This document shows positions 32,666 through 42,378 of a stretch of 64,000 nt of DNA, in pieces. Made by a program: the position numbers and the translations under genes. The notes beneath the pieces were generated by a model that saw only the letters and a program-made list of their open reading frames with translations, ran no database searches and was not told the DNA's origin. Origin of the DNA: Minisyncoccota bacterium (GTDB taxonomy: Bacteria > Patescibacteriota > Minisyncoccia > 2-02-FULL-40-12 > GWA2-44-9); the NCBI GenBank assembly GCA_030583765.1, contig CP129474.1, positions 9,709 to 73,708 of the forward strand. Reading direction: 5' to 3'. How positions within the stretch are numbered: the first letter of the stretch is position 1; every line of letters begins with the position of its first letter.

Positions 32666-33930
32666 ATACCAGGTATGATAAGCAAAATACCAGTGATTGT
32701 CATGACCCACGCAGTGCCAAGCGCGAGACCGCGAATGGTTGGACTACTCACGTGGTCGCCAACGATTGCCTTATTACTCGCCATATGGGTGATGAGGAGA
32801 ATGAGCGGTGGAGAGACAATCGCGTGAAGCACGGCGGTGTAAAAAAGTGCCTGTACGGGCGAAATGCCGCCGAGCGGTACAATAAGCCCGATGAATGCCG
32901 AAAGAGCAAGTACTATATAAAACGCACGGGCTCGAGAGAATGGTTTATCAAGACTGCGCTCCCAGCCAAAAATTTCCGCGAGCACGTATGCCGCTGATCC
33001 TGCGAGGACGGGGATGGCAAGAAATCCTGAGCTGATAAGGCCGAGGGTAAATAAAATATACGCGTATTCTCCTGCGAGAGGCCGCAAGGCCTCAGCGATT
33101 TGTGCGACACTGTCCACATCACGTACGCCCGCGCTGTAGAGCGTCGCTCCGGTGAGGGCGACGATAAAATAAGCAACAATATTTGAAAACGACATACCGA
33201 TTGCGGTGTCGAGCTCAATAATACTCAAGCGATTATCTGAAAGTGGGCGGAACTTACATACGCGAATTCGTGTATTTTTTTCACGCACCTCTTCTGCCTC
33301 CTCACTTGATTGCCAGAAGTAGAGATATGGGGAAATGGTGGTTCCAAGAATGGCAAAGAATACAAGTACAGTTTCGCGATCCCACGCAAGCGCAGGGAGA
33401 AGCGTGTGAACGAGCATGTCATAGGCGTCACCACGCACAATGGCAAATGCTCCAACGTATGCGAGCAACGAAAGCGCAAGCCATTTAAAAATGGCAACAA
33501 TAGTAGCATACCGGAGCCATATAATCATCCCGACAATAGCCAGCGTAAAAGCTGTCGCGGTGAGCATTGTTGGCAAGCCAGGAAAGAGAAGTTGTGCCGC
33601 GCTTGTCATGCCGGCGATATCGGCGCCAATGTTGAGCACATTGGCGCCGATAATACCACCAGAAACAGTAGCAAGAATCCATGTGGGATAGTGGCGCTTA
33701 ATATTCCCCGTTAAACCACAGGCAGAGAGCGCGCCAATGCGCGCACTCATCTCCTGAATGGCAACCATAAAAGGGATAATAAATGGGAGTGTCCATAAAA
33801 GGCCAAATCCTGTTCGTGCGCCTGCTATAGAATACGAAGCGATCCCAGATGGATCGTTGTCCGACGCTCCCGTGATGAGTCCTGGACCGAGAGCTTTCCA
33901 AAATGATCGAATAGAGCGAAAAAATGCCAC
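32659..33930 (-). CDS. mntH: NRAMP-family divalent metal (Mn2+/Fe2+) transporter MntH. Start probably at GTG 33930 (MAFFRSIRSFWKALGPG...); the ORF track extends to 34023, overlapping the divergent gene.
   Basis: NRAMP signature GPGLITGASDNDPSGIASYS. 11-12 TM helices. Confidence 0.8.
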   Translation of the reverse strand: MAFFRSIRSFWKALGPGLITGASDNDPSGIASYSIAGARTGFGLLWTLPFIIPFMVAIQEMSARIGALSACGLTGNIKRHYPTWILATVSGGIIGANVLNIGADIAGMTSAAQLLFPGLPTMLTATAFTLAIVGMIIWLRYATIVAIFKWLALSLLAYVGAFAIVRGDAYDMLVHTLLPALAWDRETVLVFFAILGTTISPYLYFWQSSEEAEEVREKNTRIRVCKFRPLSDNRLSIIELDTAIGMSFSNIVAYFIVALTGATLYSAGVRDVDSVAQIAEALRPLAGEYAYILFTLGLISSGFLAIPVLAGSAAYVLAEIFGWERSLDKPFSRARAFYIVLALSAFIGLIVPLGGISPVQALFYTAVLHAIVSPPLILLITHMASNKAIVGDHVSSPTIRGLALGTAWVMTITGILLIIPGIW

Positions 33931-33991
33931 AGCAAAAATAAAATTGATACACCTAGTATAGCACGAGAATATGCTTTGAGACTCTCTACAT

Positions 33992-34633
33992 GTGTATGAT
34001 ATACTCAAGGATATGACGCACACTCCATTTTACGAGAGAGGCTTATCGCCGGGAGGCATTATTGCGATACTCGCCGGTATCATTGTTGCTGGAAGTGCGC
34101 TTTACGTAAGTTATGGCATGCCTGATCGTACAACTCGTGAAGCTGGCGAACCTGCAATTCCCACGCCGACATCAATGCGACCAGAAACATCAGCCCTTGC
34201 GCAGGCAGAAGCGCCCCGTATGGCTCAAAAGAGCGCGCTCACGCAGGCACAGCCAGTCGCCTTTACTGGGACAAAGCTTGCGGGCTCACAGGCACCGCTG
34301 CTTGATTTTTCAGTAGCAGACTACGCGGCGGCTCGCGAATCGGGGAGGATGATAGTGTTATTCTTCTATGCTAATTGGTGCCCGATCTGTAAGGCGGAGA
34401 TGCCAAAGATTGAGCAGGCGTTTAATCAGTTAACCTCAGATCAAATTGTCGGATTCCGGGTCAATTATAACGACTCCGACACTGACGATGTGGAAAAGGG
34501 TTTGGCACGCGAGTTTGGAATTGCATACCAACACACGAAAGTGTTTGTGAAAGACGGCGCGGTCATTCTGAAATCTGGAGAATCGTGGGACTCGGCCCGC
34601 TATGTGCAGGAAATAACAAAGGCACTCCAATAA
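33992..34633 (+). CDS. Membrane-anchored thioredoxin-fold thiol:disulfide oxidoreductase (TlpA/ResA-like).
   Basis: N-terminal TM helix. Catalytic WCPIC motif (FFYANWCPICKAEMPKIEQAF). Confidence 0.75.
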   Translation: MYDILKDMTHTPFYERGLSPGGIIAILAGIIVAGSALYVSYGMPDRTTREAGEPAIPTPTSMRPETSALAQAEAPRMAQKSALTQAQPVAFTGTKLAGSQAPLLDFSVADYAAARESGRMIVLFFYANWCPICKAEMPKIEQAFNQLTSDQIVGFRVNYNDSDTDDVEKGLAREFGIAYQHTKVFVKDGAVILKSGESWDSARYVQEITKALQ

Positions 34634-34639
34634 CCTTCT

Positions 34640-35347
34640 ATGCTCGAACTCCCTGTTGCCGCTGCATTTATTGGAGGAATTGTTTCCTTTCTTTCTCCGT
34701 GCATCTTACCCATTGTGCCTGGATTTTTAGCATATCTTGCCGGCACAACGCTGGCCGATGCTCCGCAGCGTCGTCGTGACATGCTCATCAATGCGTTTTG
34801 GTTCGTATGCGGCTTTTCTCTTGTGTTTGCGGTGCTTGGAGTTCTTCTGCACACTGTACTTGCAACGGTCGCATATGATGCGCGCATCTGGATGTCACGC
34901 ATCGGTGGCGGGATGATTATTCTGTTCGGCCTTATGCTGATGGACATCATTCATATTCCATGGCTTTCACGGGCGCATGTAGCGCGCGTGCACCCGAATC
35001 CTTCGGCGCGGTGGCTCACTTCATTTCTCTTTGGCTCTGCCTTCGCCACAGGATGGACGCCGTGTGTAGGGGCGGTGCTCGGAGCCATTCTCACGCTTTC
35101 CATTACCCAACCGGGGTCTGCTTTTATACTTCTTATGGCGTATGCGCTTGGGCTGGGTGTGCCATTTTTATTGGCGGCATTTTTCACGTCCTTCTTCCAA
35201 AAGGGTATGGTACGTATTGGCGGCGCCTTGCCGTATATTTCCAAAGGCTTCGGCGTACTGTTAGTGGTTATGGGGGTTCTCGTGGTACTCCAGCGCCTAG
35301 AGCGCATTGCGTCGTTCGATATCTTGCTTAGATTTTTGCCCTTCTAA
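34640..35347 (+). CDS. ccdA: Cytochrome-c-biogenesis-type thiol-disulfide transporter CcdA (DsbD beta-domain family).
   Basis: Two conserved Cys in TM1/TM4 (FLSPCILPIVPGF, GWTPCVGAVLGAIL). 6 TM helices. Confidence 0.8.
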   Translation: MLELPVAAAFIGGIVSFLSPCILPIVPGFLAYLAGTTLADAPQRRRDMLINAFWFVCGFSLVFAVLGVLLHTVLATVAYDARIWMSRIGGGMIILFGLMLMDIIHIPWLSRAHVARVHPNPSARWLTSFLFGSAFATGWTPCVGAVLGAILTLSITQPGSAFILLMAYALGLGVPFLLAAFFTSFFQKGMVRIGGALPYISKGFGVLLVVMGVLVVLQRLERIASFDILLRFLPF

Positions 35348-35369
35348 TCTTGCGGGTAGGGCGGGGGAT

Positions 35370-35396
35370 TTAGCACTCTTGACTTGAGAGTGCTAA
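35370..35396 (+). promoter_or_regulatory. Perfect CIRCE operator (TTAGCACTC-N9-GAGTGCTAA) upstream of hrcA. The spacer contains TTGACT (-35-like); TATACT sits at 35403-35408.
   Basis: ttagcactc ttgacttga gagtgctaa matches the established HrcA operator consensus exactly. Confidence 0.9.
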
Positions 35397-35416
35397 ATTT
35401 TTTATACTGTCTCTGC

Positions 35417-36175
35417 ATGCTCACGGAACGACAACAACACCTCTTAGAGTTCATTATTCGAACCTATGTACAAACCGCGGAACCTGTAGGCTCTGCGGCG
35501 GTGTGTGCGCGTGCTCGGATGGACGTAAGTCCTGCAACAATTCGCAACGATATGCAGGTGCTGGAAGAGCTTGGGTTTTTGGCCCAGCCTCATACATCAG
35601 CTGGTCGTGTGCCAACTGACCACGCCTATCGTTGGTTTGTCGACGAGCTTGTGCGTCGCGATGAGCATGCAATGGTTCCCGTTCGCGATCGCCGCCGTAT
35701 CGATGCCGTTGTTGATGGAGCTGCATCTGACTCGCGTTCGCTCAGCAGGCACCTTGCCGCAACGTTGGCCGACCTTCTCGATAGTGCCGTCATCACTCAC
35801 GTTCGAGACCATGATGATTTTTATAAATTCGGTCTCTCGGAGTTGATGGCGTTTCCAGAATTTCGGCGCCTTGAGCGCACCATGCAGGTCATGCATTTCG
35901 TTGATCGATTTGATGATTTGTTTGGAAGTCTCGAGGATGCGTTCTTTGGACGCTGGCGTGGCGAACCTTTCCGCATCTTTATCGGAAGAGAAAATCCAGT
36001 CCGTACGATACAAGATGAGGCCGTCATTGTGGCGCGCTACCGTTTGCCAGGTAATATGTCGGGGCTCCTGACCGTTATCGGGCCAATGCGCATGGATTAT
36101 CGTCGTAACCTTGCATTGCTTGCCTATGCAACCGATGCAGTATCGCGCGCCGCAGAAGAGTCTGACGCTTCATAA
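35417..36175 (+). CDS. hrcA: Heat-inducible transcription repressor HrcA. Start at MLTERQQ; the ORF-track start at 35384 lies inside CIRCE.
   Basis: N-terminal w[29 protein letters not shown]. HrcA C-terminal domain. CIRCE upstream. Confidence 0.85.
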   Translation: MLTERQQHLLEFIIRTYVQTAEPVGSAAVCARARMDVSPATIRNDMQVLEELGFLAQPHTSAGRVPTDHAYRWFVDELVRRDEHAMVPVRDRRRIDAVVDGAASDSRSLSRHLAATLADLLDSAVITHVRDHDDFYKFGLSELMAFPEFRRLERTMQVMHFVDRFDDLFGSLEDAFFGRWRGEPFRIFIGRENPVRTIQDEAVIVARYRLPGNMSGLLTVIGPMRMDYRRNLALLAYATDAVSRAAEESDAS

Positions 36176-36183
36176 TATACCCC

Positions 36184-36693
36184 ATGACACACATTGATAT
36201 GCCAGAGAAAGAACAGGCGACACTAGAAGAACGCATCATCGAGCTTGAAGGCCAATTGGCTCGTGCGCAAGCTGACTTCATCAACTATCGCAAAGACGAA
36301 TCTCGTCGAGCGCTAGAGATGACGGAGCGCGCCGGAGAGCGTGTGGTCGCTGATCTTCTTGAGAGCCTTGACTCTCTCGAAGCTCTTGTTGCGCACACGC
36401 CGGAGCCAGTCCAGTCTCGACATGCAGACTGGGCAAAGGGCCTGTTGCTCGTTCGAGATCATGTCCGCACTGTTCTCGCTCGCCATGGAGTGGCGGAGAT
36501 TGTCACAAAGGATGCTTCCTTTGATCCAACGCTTCACGAAGCCATTGGCACCGATGTTGTGCGCGAAGCAGATAAAGACGGCGTCATTACCTCGTGTTTA
36601 CGCGTTGGCTACACCATGCATGGGCGCGTGCTTCGTCCTGCGCAGGTGCGCGTCGGATCGTTCCGTGAGCAGAAAGAAGAGGCAGTAGCGTAG
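36184..36693 (+). CDS. grpE: Nucleotide exchange factor GrpE.
   Basis: Coiled-coil N-terminus. GrpE C-terminal beta domain. Confidence 0.85.
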   Translation: MTHIDMPEKEQATLEERIIELEGQLARAQADFINYRKDESRRALEMTERAGERVVADLLESLDSLEALVAHTPEPVQSRHADWAKGLLLVRDHVRTVLARHGVAEIVTKDASFDPTLHEAIGTDVVREADKDGVITSCLRVGYTMHGRVLRPAQVRVGSFREQKEEAVA

Positions 36694-36750
36694 GTGTATC
36701 TGGTGCGAGAATCGCCACATACATGCAACGCACATGCTCCTAAATATATG

Positions 36751-37161
36751 CGTATTACCCCTTATGATCCCTTTCGTGAAATAGACCGCATGTTCGATGA
36801 TTTGGCTTTTGGTTTTGCGCCACTGGCGCGCCGGGGCTTTGAGCCAGCAATGGATGTATATCAAACAGAAGCAGACTTTGTTGTCGAGTTGCATGTACCG
36901 AAAATCGACGCAAAGCAAATCAAAGTTTCTGTAGAAGACGGCATCCTAAAGATTGAAGGCGAACACGCAGAAGAAAAAGAAGACAAGCGTGAGTATTTCC
37001 GCAAAGAAATTCGTCGTGGCAGCTTCGTTCGCATGATTGCCTTACCCGTGCCCGTAAAAGAGGATGAGGCAAAAGCTGTCTTTGAGCATGGCATTTTGAA
37101 AGTTTCGCTCCCTAAGGTTGAGGCAAAGCAGGCAAAGGAAGTGAAGATTGAGGTTCGTTAG
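36751..37161 (+). CDS. Small heat-shock protein (Hsp20/alpha-crystallin family). Start probably at MRITPYDP; the ORF track gives 36694.
   Basis: Alpha-crystallin domain: MDVYQTEADFVVELHVPKIDAKQIKVSVEDGILKIEGEH...RRGSFVRMIALPVPV...GILKVSLPK. Confidence 0.8.
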   Translation, partial: RITPYDPFREIDRMFDDLAFGFAPLARRGFEPAMDVYQTEADFVVELHVPKIDAKQIKVSVEDGILKIEGEHAEEKEDKREYFRKEIRRGSFVRMIALPVPVKEDEAKAVFEHGILKVSLPKVEAKQAKEVKIEVR

Positions 37162-37227
37162 AACGGGGAGAGTTTCTGCGGAGCGTTGCTCCGCGGGCTA
37201 CTCTTCCGGTTCGAAGAGTGATCGTAT

Positions 37228-37361
37228 AGAGCACATTCCACATAAACAGTCCCGTCGCAGTCCCAGCGGGACTGCGCGGTCTCACTCGCCCTCGCTCGTC
37301 TCCTTACGGAGACACCCTGCCCGCTCGGGCTCCGAATGCTGTTTATTGTGGAATGTGCTCT
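37228..37361 (+). repeat. Near-perfect 22-bp inverted repeat (one 1-nt bulge) with an 89-nt GC-rich, internally hairpinned loop, in the hsp20-dnaK intergenic region. The right arm overlaps a candidate dnaK promoter (TTATTG N17 TAATTA).
   Basis: agagcacattccacataaacag (37228-37249) pairs with ctgtttattgtggaatgtgctct (37339-37361). Inner hairpins cgcagtccc AGC gggactgcg and gtctcc TTAC ggagac. Confidence 0.7.
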
Positions 37362-37374
37362 AACATAATTATCT

Positions 37375-39249
37375 ATGACAAAAATTCTTGGAATTGATTT
37401 AGGAACAACAAATTCCGCGATGGCGGTGGTAGAGGCGGGTCAACCTCGCGTTCTTGAGAATGCGGAAGGCATGCGCACTACGCCATCCATTGTTGCTATG
37501 AAGGGCAGTGAGCGTTATGTAGGTGTTACTGCAAAGCGTCAGGCGGTTACTAACCCACACCACACGCTCTACTCCATTAAGCGTCTCATTGGGCGTCGTT
37601 TTTCCGATGCGGAAGTGCAGAAGGATAAAAATCTTCTCCCGTATCAGATCCGCCAGGGGGCGAATGATTCTGTTGAGGTACTGATGGGGGATAAGTGGTA
37701 TAAGCCTGCAGAGATCTCTGCTATGGTGCTCCAAAAAATGAAGGCGGATGCAGAGAGCCGTTTGGGGCAGAAAATTACCGAAGCTATCATTACGGTCCCT
37801 GCATACTTTGATGACGCTCAGCGACAGGCAACAAAGGACGCGGGAGAGATTGCTGGGCTTACGGTGCAGCGCGTGATTAACGAGCCAACCGCAGCAGCTT
37901 TGGCGTACGGATTTAACAAAAAGAAAGATGAGAAAATCGTCGTCTACGACTTCGGTGGTGGCACGTTTGATATCTCTGTGCTCGAAGTGTCAGAAGATAC
38001 GATTGAAGTAAAGGCAACGGGTGGCGACACGCATTTGGGTGGTGATGATCTTGATCAACGCATTATCCATTTCTTCATTGATGAGTTTAAGAAAGAGCAG
38101 GGCGTCGACATCTCAAAAGACCAGATGGCATTACAGCGCCTTAAGGATGCCGCAGAGAAAGCCAAGCATGAGCTTTCAAGTACAACGCAGGCAGAGGTGA
38201 ATATTCCATTCCTTACCGCAGATGCGAGTGGACCAAAACATTTCACTATGACGTTCACGCGGGCAAAGCTCGAGAGCCTCGTGCACGACCTTATCGACCG
38301 TTCAATCCAGCTCACTCGTGATGCGGTGAAGGAGGCCGGCTTCTCACTGTCTGATATCCATGAGGTGGTTATGGTTGGTGGACAGACGCGCATGCCCGCC
38401 ATCATAGAGGCAGTCCGAACGCTCTTTGGCAAAGAGCCGCACAAAGACATCAATCCAGATGAAGTGGTAGCAATTGGCGCGGCAATCCAGGGAGGCATTA
38501 TGCAGGGCGACGTCAAAGACGTTTTGCTCTTGGACGTGACGCCACTCTCTCTGGGTATTGAGACTATGGGCGCAGTGATGACGAAGATGATTGAAAAGAA
38601 CACAACGGTTCCTGTTGCGCGCACACAAGTGTTTTCTACTGCAGCTGATAATCAGCCATCAGTAGAAATTCACGTGCTACAAGGTGAGCGTCCTATGGCG
38701 GCGGACAATAAAACGCTGGGACGATTCATTCTTGATGGCATCCCACCGGCGCCACGCGGCGTCCCACAAATCGAAGTAACGTTCGATATTGACGCAAACG
38801 GTATCTTGCACGTCAAAGCAAAAGATAAGGCCACAAACAAAGAGCAATCCATTCGCATCGAGGGTTCTTCCGGTCTTACTGAAGATGAAAAGAAACGCAT
38901 GGTTGCGGAGGCTGAACAATTTGCTGCAGAGGATGCAAAGAAAAAGGAACTTGTTGACGCGCGTAATGCGGCAGAGACGCTCGTATATACGTCGGAAAAA
39001 ACATTAAAAGATGCTGGCGAGAAAGTGAATGCAGACGATAAAAAGGCCGTTGAGGATGCAGTGGCTGCAGTGAGGAAGGTAAAAGATTCAGACGATGTTG
39101 CTGCAATAAAGAAAGCCGTAGAAGATCTTTCGACAGCGGTTCAGAAAGTCGGACAAGCAATGTATCAACAGCAGGCACAGGCGCAGCCAGCGCCAGAAGC
39201 TCCAAAAGAAGAAATGAAAGAAGAGAAGCCAGCAGAGGAGCAGAAATAA
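37375..39249 (+). CDS. dnaK: Molecular chaperone DnaK (Hsp70).
   Basis: [18 protein letters not shown], the full NBD and SBD, and an acidic C-terminal tail. Confidence 0.97.
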   Translation: MTKILGIDLGTTNSAMAVVEAGQPRVLENAEGMRTTPSIVAMKGSERYVGVTAKRQAVTNPHHTLYSIKRLIGRRFSDAEVQKDKNLLPYQIRQGANDSVEVLMGDKWYKPAEISAMVLQKMKADAESRLGQKITEAIITVPAYFDDAQRQATKDAGEIAGLTVQRVINEPTAAALAYGFNKKKDEKIVVYDFGGGTFDISVLEVSEDTIEVKATGGDTHLGGDDLDQRIIHFFIDEFKKEQGVDISKDQMALQRLKDAAEKAKHELSSTTQAEVNIPFLTADASGPKHFTMTFTRAKLESLVHDLIDRSIQLTRDAVKEAGFSLSDIHEVVMVGGQTRMPAIIEAVRTLFGKEPHKDINPDEVVAIGAAIQGGIMQGDVKDVLLLDVTPLSLGIETMGAVMTKMIEKNTTVPVARTQVFSTAADNQPSVEIHVLQGERPMAADNKTLGRFILDGIPPAPRGVPQIEVTFDIDANGILHVKAKDKATNKEQSIRIEGSSGLTEDEKKRMVAEAEQFAAEDAKKKELVDARNAAETLVYTSEKTLKDAGEKVNADDKKAVEDAVAAVRKVKDSDDVAAIKKAVEDLSTAVQKVGQAMYQQQAQAQPAPEAPKEEMKEEKPAEEQK

Positions 39250-39257
39250 AAAGAAGG

Positions 39258-39283
39258 CCCCGACGGAAAGGTTCCGTCGGGGG
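39258..39283. terminator. Hairpin between dnaK (+) and the convergent small gene (-). The U-run is on the minus-strand side.
   Basis: ccccgacggaa AGG ttccgtcgggg. Confidence 0.5.
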
Positions 39284-39294
39284 ATGGAGGGGTG

Positions 39295-39603
39295 CTAGTA
39301 AAACCGGACGCTTCGCCGCGCGGGGCGGCCGGAGTGCGAACGGTTCAGGAAGTTGAGCCTGTGATTGGAAGGTTCGCGACGTTCCTGCTTTCGATGCGGC
39401 TTAGCGTTGCCGATGTGCCAGCACCCGCAGCGCGGGTCGAAGTACGCATGGATCCTGCTCTTGCTCTTGGGATCCAGGCGCTCATCACTACGCTTTGCCA
39501 CGCGCCACGCGGCTTCGCGTCCGGGATAGCGACGCTTACCACAGTGTTCGCAGAAGTCGTGCCTCAGTCTTCGTCCTAGCGGGCCGTTATCGGGCATCCG
39601 CAC
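39295..39603 (-). CDS. Small basic Cys/His-rich (Zn-binding) protein, 102 aa.
   Basis: Motifs CEHCGK...RCGCWHIGN. GGAGG RBS immediately upstream on the minus strand. Preferred over the overlapping + strand ORF 39292..39579. Confidence 0.45.
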   Translation of the reverse strand: MRMPDNGPLGRRLRHDFCEHCGKRRYPGREAAWRVAKRSDERLDPKSKSRIHAYFDPRCGCWHIGNAKPHRKQERREPSNHRLNFLNRSHSGRPARRSVRFY

Positions 39604-39646
39604 CTCCTCTGCACATATCGTAGTCCTGTGTTAGAATGCATGCACT

Positions 39647-40426
39647 ATGGAAACTGTGGATATACGAAAGGAATGGGGGCTTGTAGTACTTACGCTATTT
39701 GTGGCAGGAGCATTGTGGGGGACGGCGCGCATGTGGCTTGGGCCGACAGCACAGACTCTCTCTGATCCGTCTTTGTGGGCTCCAGTGCTGCTTGTGGGGA
39801 TTGTTCTGGCAGCCGTGATGAGCGTCGCATATCTGCTTGTTGGAGATAAGTGGTGGCGCCTTGGCGTTTCGTGCGCTGCGCTTGCTCCGTTGGTGTTAGT
39901 GTTGCCGGTAAGCGAAGTATACATTGCGGCGCTCTGTGCTGCCCTTCTGATCCTGAGTCTTGGCGCTCGTGAAGTTGCACTCCACGGGGATCATGGACGC
40001 GGCATGGGGAAAATAGTCACTGCACTGTTTATCGCCGCATCTCTTGCGTACCTCATGGCTCCGGCGGTACAGGATCGCGCTAACTCTGGTATTGTGCCCG
40101 ATAGTGCGATCGGCATGATTCGCAAAACAGTAAGCGCGGTTATCGGTTCCGAACTCGATAGACTTCCGTTCTTTCAGCGCAAAGCCGTGGAGGAACAAAT
40201 TGCGGAGCAGACTGTTGCAACGATAAATACGCTCTCTGCGCCCTTTGCAAAATATATTCCCGCTGTACTCACGCTTACATTGTTCGCTGTACTCATTAGC
40301 GTAAAGCCGATCTTTACATGGCTTGCCTCAACAGTTGCATTCTTTGTGCTCTGGCTTATGCAAAAAATGCACATTGTTGAAATGCGCACAGAAATGGTAG
40401 AGCGGCAACGTTTTGTTCTGCGCTAA
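39647..40426 (+). CDS. Hypothetical polytopic membrane protein (6-7 TM).
   Basis: Hydrophobic helices throughout. No family recognised. Confidence 0.5.
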   Translation: METVDIRKEWGLVVLTLFVAGALWGTARMWLGPTAQTLSDPSLWAPVLLVGIVLAAVMSVAYLLVGDKWWRLGVSCAALAPLVLVLPVSEVYIAALCAALLILSLGAREVALHGDHGRGMGKIVTALFIAASLAYLMAPAVQDRANSGIVPDSAIGMIRKTVSAVIGSELDRLPFFQRKAVEEQIAEQTVATINTLSAPFAKYIPAVLTLTLFAVLISVKPIFTWLASTVAFFVLWLMQKMHIVEMRTEMVERQRFVLR

Positions 40427-40902
40427 GGAGTAGGAGTCGCCGAAACTTCTGGCGTAGGCGATGGTGTCGGAGATGGTGTGGGGATCGGGTCTGCTACTAC
40501 ACCGAGTACGGTGATGTCACATCGATCCGTGCGCGCAGGGATGGTGGCGCTTGCCGGATCTCCAGAGATGAGCACCACGGGGTATGCTCCGGGGCTGGTG
40601 AATGTAACCGTGAATGATGCACCACTTCCTGTGCGCGGCGAACCTTGCGGAGCGCGCCATGCGTACATGCTTGGGTTGCCTCCCGAAGCGGTGAGCGTAA
40701 TATTTTCTCCCGCAGTGATAGTTGCTGTGGCTGGGAGACAAAACGTTTGAGGTGGAGCTTGTGAGATATCGATGTTATTTTGGGAGCCAAAGCCTCGGAA
40801 AATCTGAACAAAAAACGGACGATCTTGAAGCCACCAACCGGCAGCAACGATGGCGAGCGTTCCCCCTATAGCAAGCAGTGTCTTGCGAAGCGTATGATCC
40901 AT
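40423..40902 (-). CDS. Secreted/membrane-anchored protein with an Ig-like beta domain and a Pro/Thr-rich C-terminal linker (PIPTPSPTPSPTPEVSATPTP).
   Basis: N-terminal signal/anchor LLAIGGTLAIVAAGWWL. The PTPEVS-type tail resembles the giant protein's C-terminal repeat. Confidence 0.45.
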   Translation of the reverse strand: MDHTLRKTLLAIGGTLAIVAAGWWLQDRPFFVQIFRGFGSQNNIDISQAPPQTFCLPATATITAGENITLTASGGNPSMYAWRAPQGSPRTGSGASFTVTFTSPGAYPVVLISGDPASATIPARTDRCDITVLGVVADPIPTPSPTPSPTPEVSATPTP

Positions 40903-40955
40903 ACCCTATAGTATATGTCTGATTCCCGTGTTCCTACAAGGACAATCTATCCACT

Positions 40956-41762
40956 ATGAAAGATCCCTACAGTGTTTTAGGCGTTTCACGCTCTGCGTCG
41001 GCTGACGAAATTAAAAAAGCATTTCGCTCTTTGGCGCATAAGTATCACCCAGATAAGAAGGGCGGGGACGCAGAAAAATTTAAAGAAGTAAATGAAGCAT
41101 ATCAGGTGCTTTCTGATACGGAAAAGCGCGCGCAGTATGACCGTTTTGGATTTGCGGGACAGGGGTCATACGGTGGAGGCCAGCATAATGGTGGGCACGC
41201 CGGCTTTGATGGCACAAACTTCTGGGATTTTTTTGGTGGCGGTGGCGGCCAACAACAGCAATCGGGATTTGGTTTTGAGGACATTTTTAGCATGTTTTCG
41301 GGCGCCGGTGGATTCGGTGGAGCGCCACGCGGGCCACAAAAAGGGGAGGATATGTATTTTCAAGTGCAGGTAGACAAAAAAGACCTTGGTAAAACGCGCA
41401 CCTTTTCTTTCGAGGGATTTGTGCCGTGCACAACGTGTCATACAAGTGGCGTGAAACCCGGCTCGCGTATGAAGTCATGTGAAACGTGTAAGGGCTCTGG
41501 GCAAGTGCGCCAACAGGTCCGAACTCCTTTTGGCGTTTTTGCACAGACTGGGGTGTGCAGCGCATGTGAAGGGCAGGGCGAGATACCGGAAAAGAAATGC
41601 GATGCCTGTGACGGCGTCGGTCGTTCGCGCGGCAAGAAAACGGTAGAAATTCACATCCCTGAAAAACTCGAAGGGGATTACGCTATCGCCTTGCCTCAAT
41701 TTGGGCATGCTGGCACGCGCGGCGCTCCCGCTGGAGATGTAGTTATCACCCTCAAACGCTAA
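40956..41762 (+). CDS. dnaJ: DnaJ-like co-chaperone: J domain + G/F-rich region + four CxxCxGxG zinc-finger repeats, but only 268 aa, lacking most of the C-terminal client-binding domains.
   Basis: HPD motif (KYHPDKK). G/F region. [32 protein letters not shown]. Confidence 0.8.
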   Translation: MKDPYSVLGVSRSASADEIKKAFRSLAHKYHPDKKGGDAEKFKEVNEAYQVLSDTEKRAQYDRFGFAGQGSYGGGQHNGGHAGFDGTNFWDFFGGGGGQQQQSGFGFEDIFSMFSGAGGFGGAPRGPQKGEDMYFQVQVDKKDLGKTRTFSFEGFVPCTTCHTSGVKPGSRMKSCETCKGSGQVRQQVRTPFGVFAQTGVCSACEGQGEIPEKKCDACDGVGRSRGKKTVEIHIPEKLEGDYAIALPQFGHAGTRGAPAGDVVITLKR

Positions 41763-41779
41763 ACAAAAAGCAGTGTGTC

Positions 41780-42331
41780 GTGCTACACTGCACGCGTATG
41801 GATGTACTCGATCAGCTCGATCTCTCGCATATTGGCGCCAACATTCAGGCGCTTACTGGCCCGCAAGAATTATTTGGCATTGCAATTGTTGCAATTATTG
41901 CACTGTATGGCATGAGCGTGGGGAAAACTCGCGCCATTATCTCTCTATTAAGTATCTATATCGCTTTTACGCTCGCTTCTGCATTTCCGTTTGTCGGGTT
42001 TTTGGAGCGCGTTCCATTTATAGCCAACACTGATGCTGGCATTGTGCGCGCCGGTCTCTTTCTGGTTGCATATACGGGCACTTTTTTTATCTTTCACGGG
42101 ACATCGCTCCGCTCGCGACTATCTATGGGGGAGATGAAGCTCGCGCATGTACTTTTGATTAGCGTGGCGCAAGTTGGGTTTCTTATGAGTATTCTTTTGT
42201 GGTTTGTGCCGTTTACTGCATTACCAGATCACATTGCAGCGCTCCACTCTTATTTTGGGACTCCGGAAGCATTTTTTGTATGGGCACTCTTGCCGCTCGG
42301 CATCATGCCCTTTGTGCACGGTCATAAGTAA
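41780..42331 (+). CDS. Hypothetical membrane protein (4-5 TM).
   Basis: Hydrophobic profile. Start possibly at MDVLDQL (41807). Confidence 0.4.
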   Translation: MLHCTRMDVLDQLDLSHIGANIQALTGPQELFGIAIVAIIALYGMSVGKTRAIISLLSIYIAFTLASAFPFVGFLERVPFIANTDAGIVRAGLFLVAYTGTFFIFHGTSLRSRLSMGEMKLAHVLLISVAQVGFLMSILLWFVPFTALPDHIAALHSYFGTPEAFFVWALLPLGIMPFVHGHK

Positions 42332-42336
42332 AACAA

Positions 42337-42360
42337 AACCCGCCGATGTGTTGGCGGGTT
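42337..42360. terminator. Hairpin between convergent genes (aacccgcc...ggcgggtt). The U-run is on the minus side.
   Basis: Read directly; aaacaaaa precedes it on the plus strand. Confidence 0.45.
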
Positions 42361-42378
42361 GCGGGGCGTCGTATGGCA

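Noticed and set aside
39292-39579. + strand 95-aa ORF overlapping the minus-strand Zn-binding ORF.
   Set aside because: The minus-strand ORF has a GGAGG RBS, a recognisable Cys/His metal-binding pattern and a terminator at its 3' end. The + ORF is Ala/Arg-rich with no signals.
40956-41762. Possibility that the short dnaJ is a frameshifted gene whose C-terminus continues in the 41780..42331 ORF.
   Set aside because: The downstream ORF is a hydrophobic membrane protein with no similarity to DnaJ CTDs, so there is no evidence for a frameshift. It is kept as a genuinely short J-protein, at low certainty.
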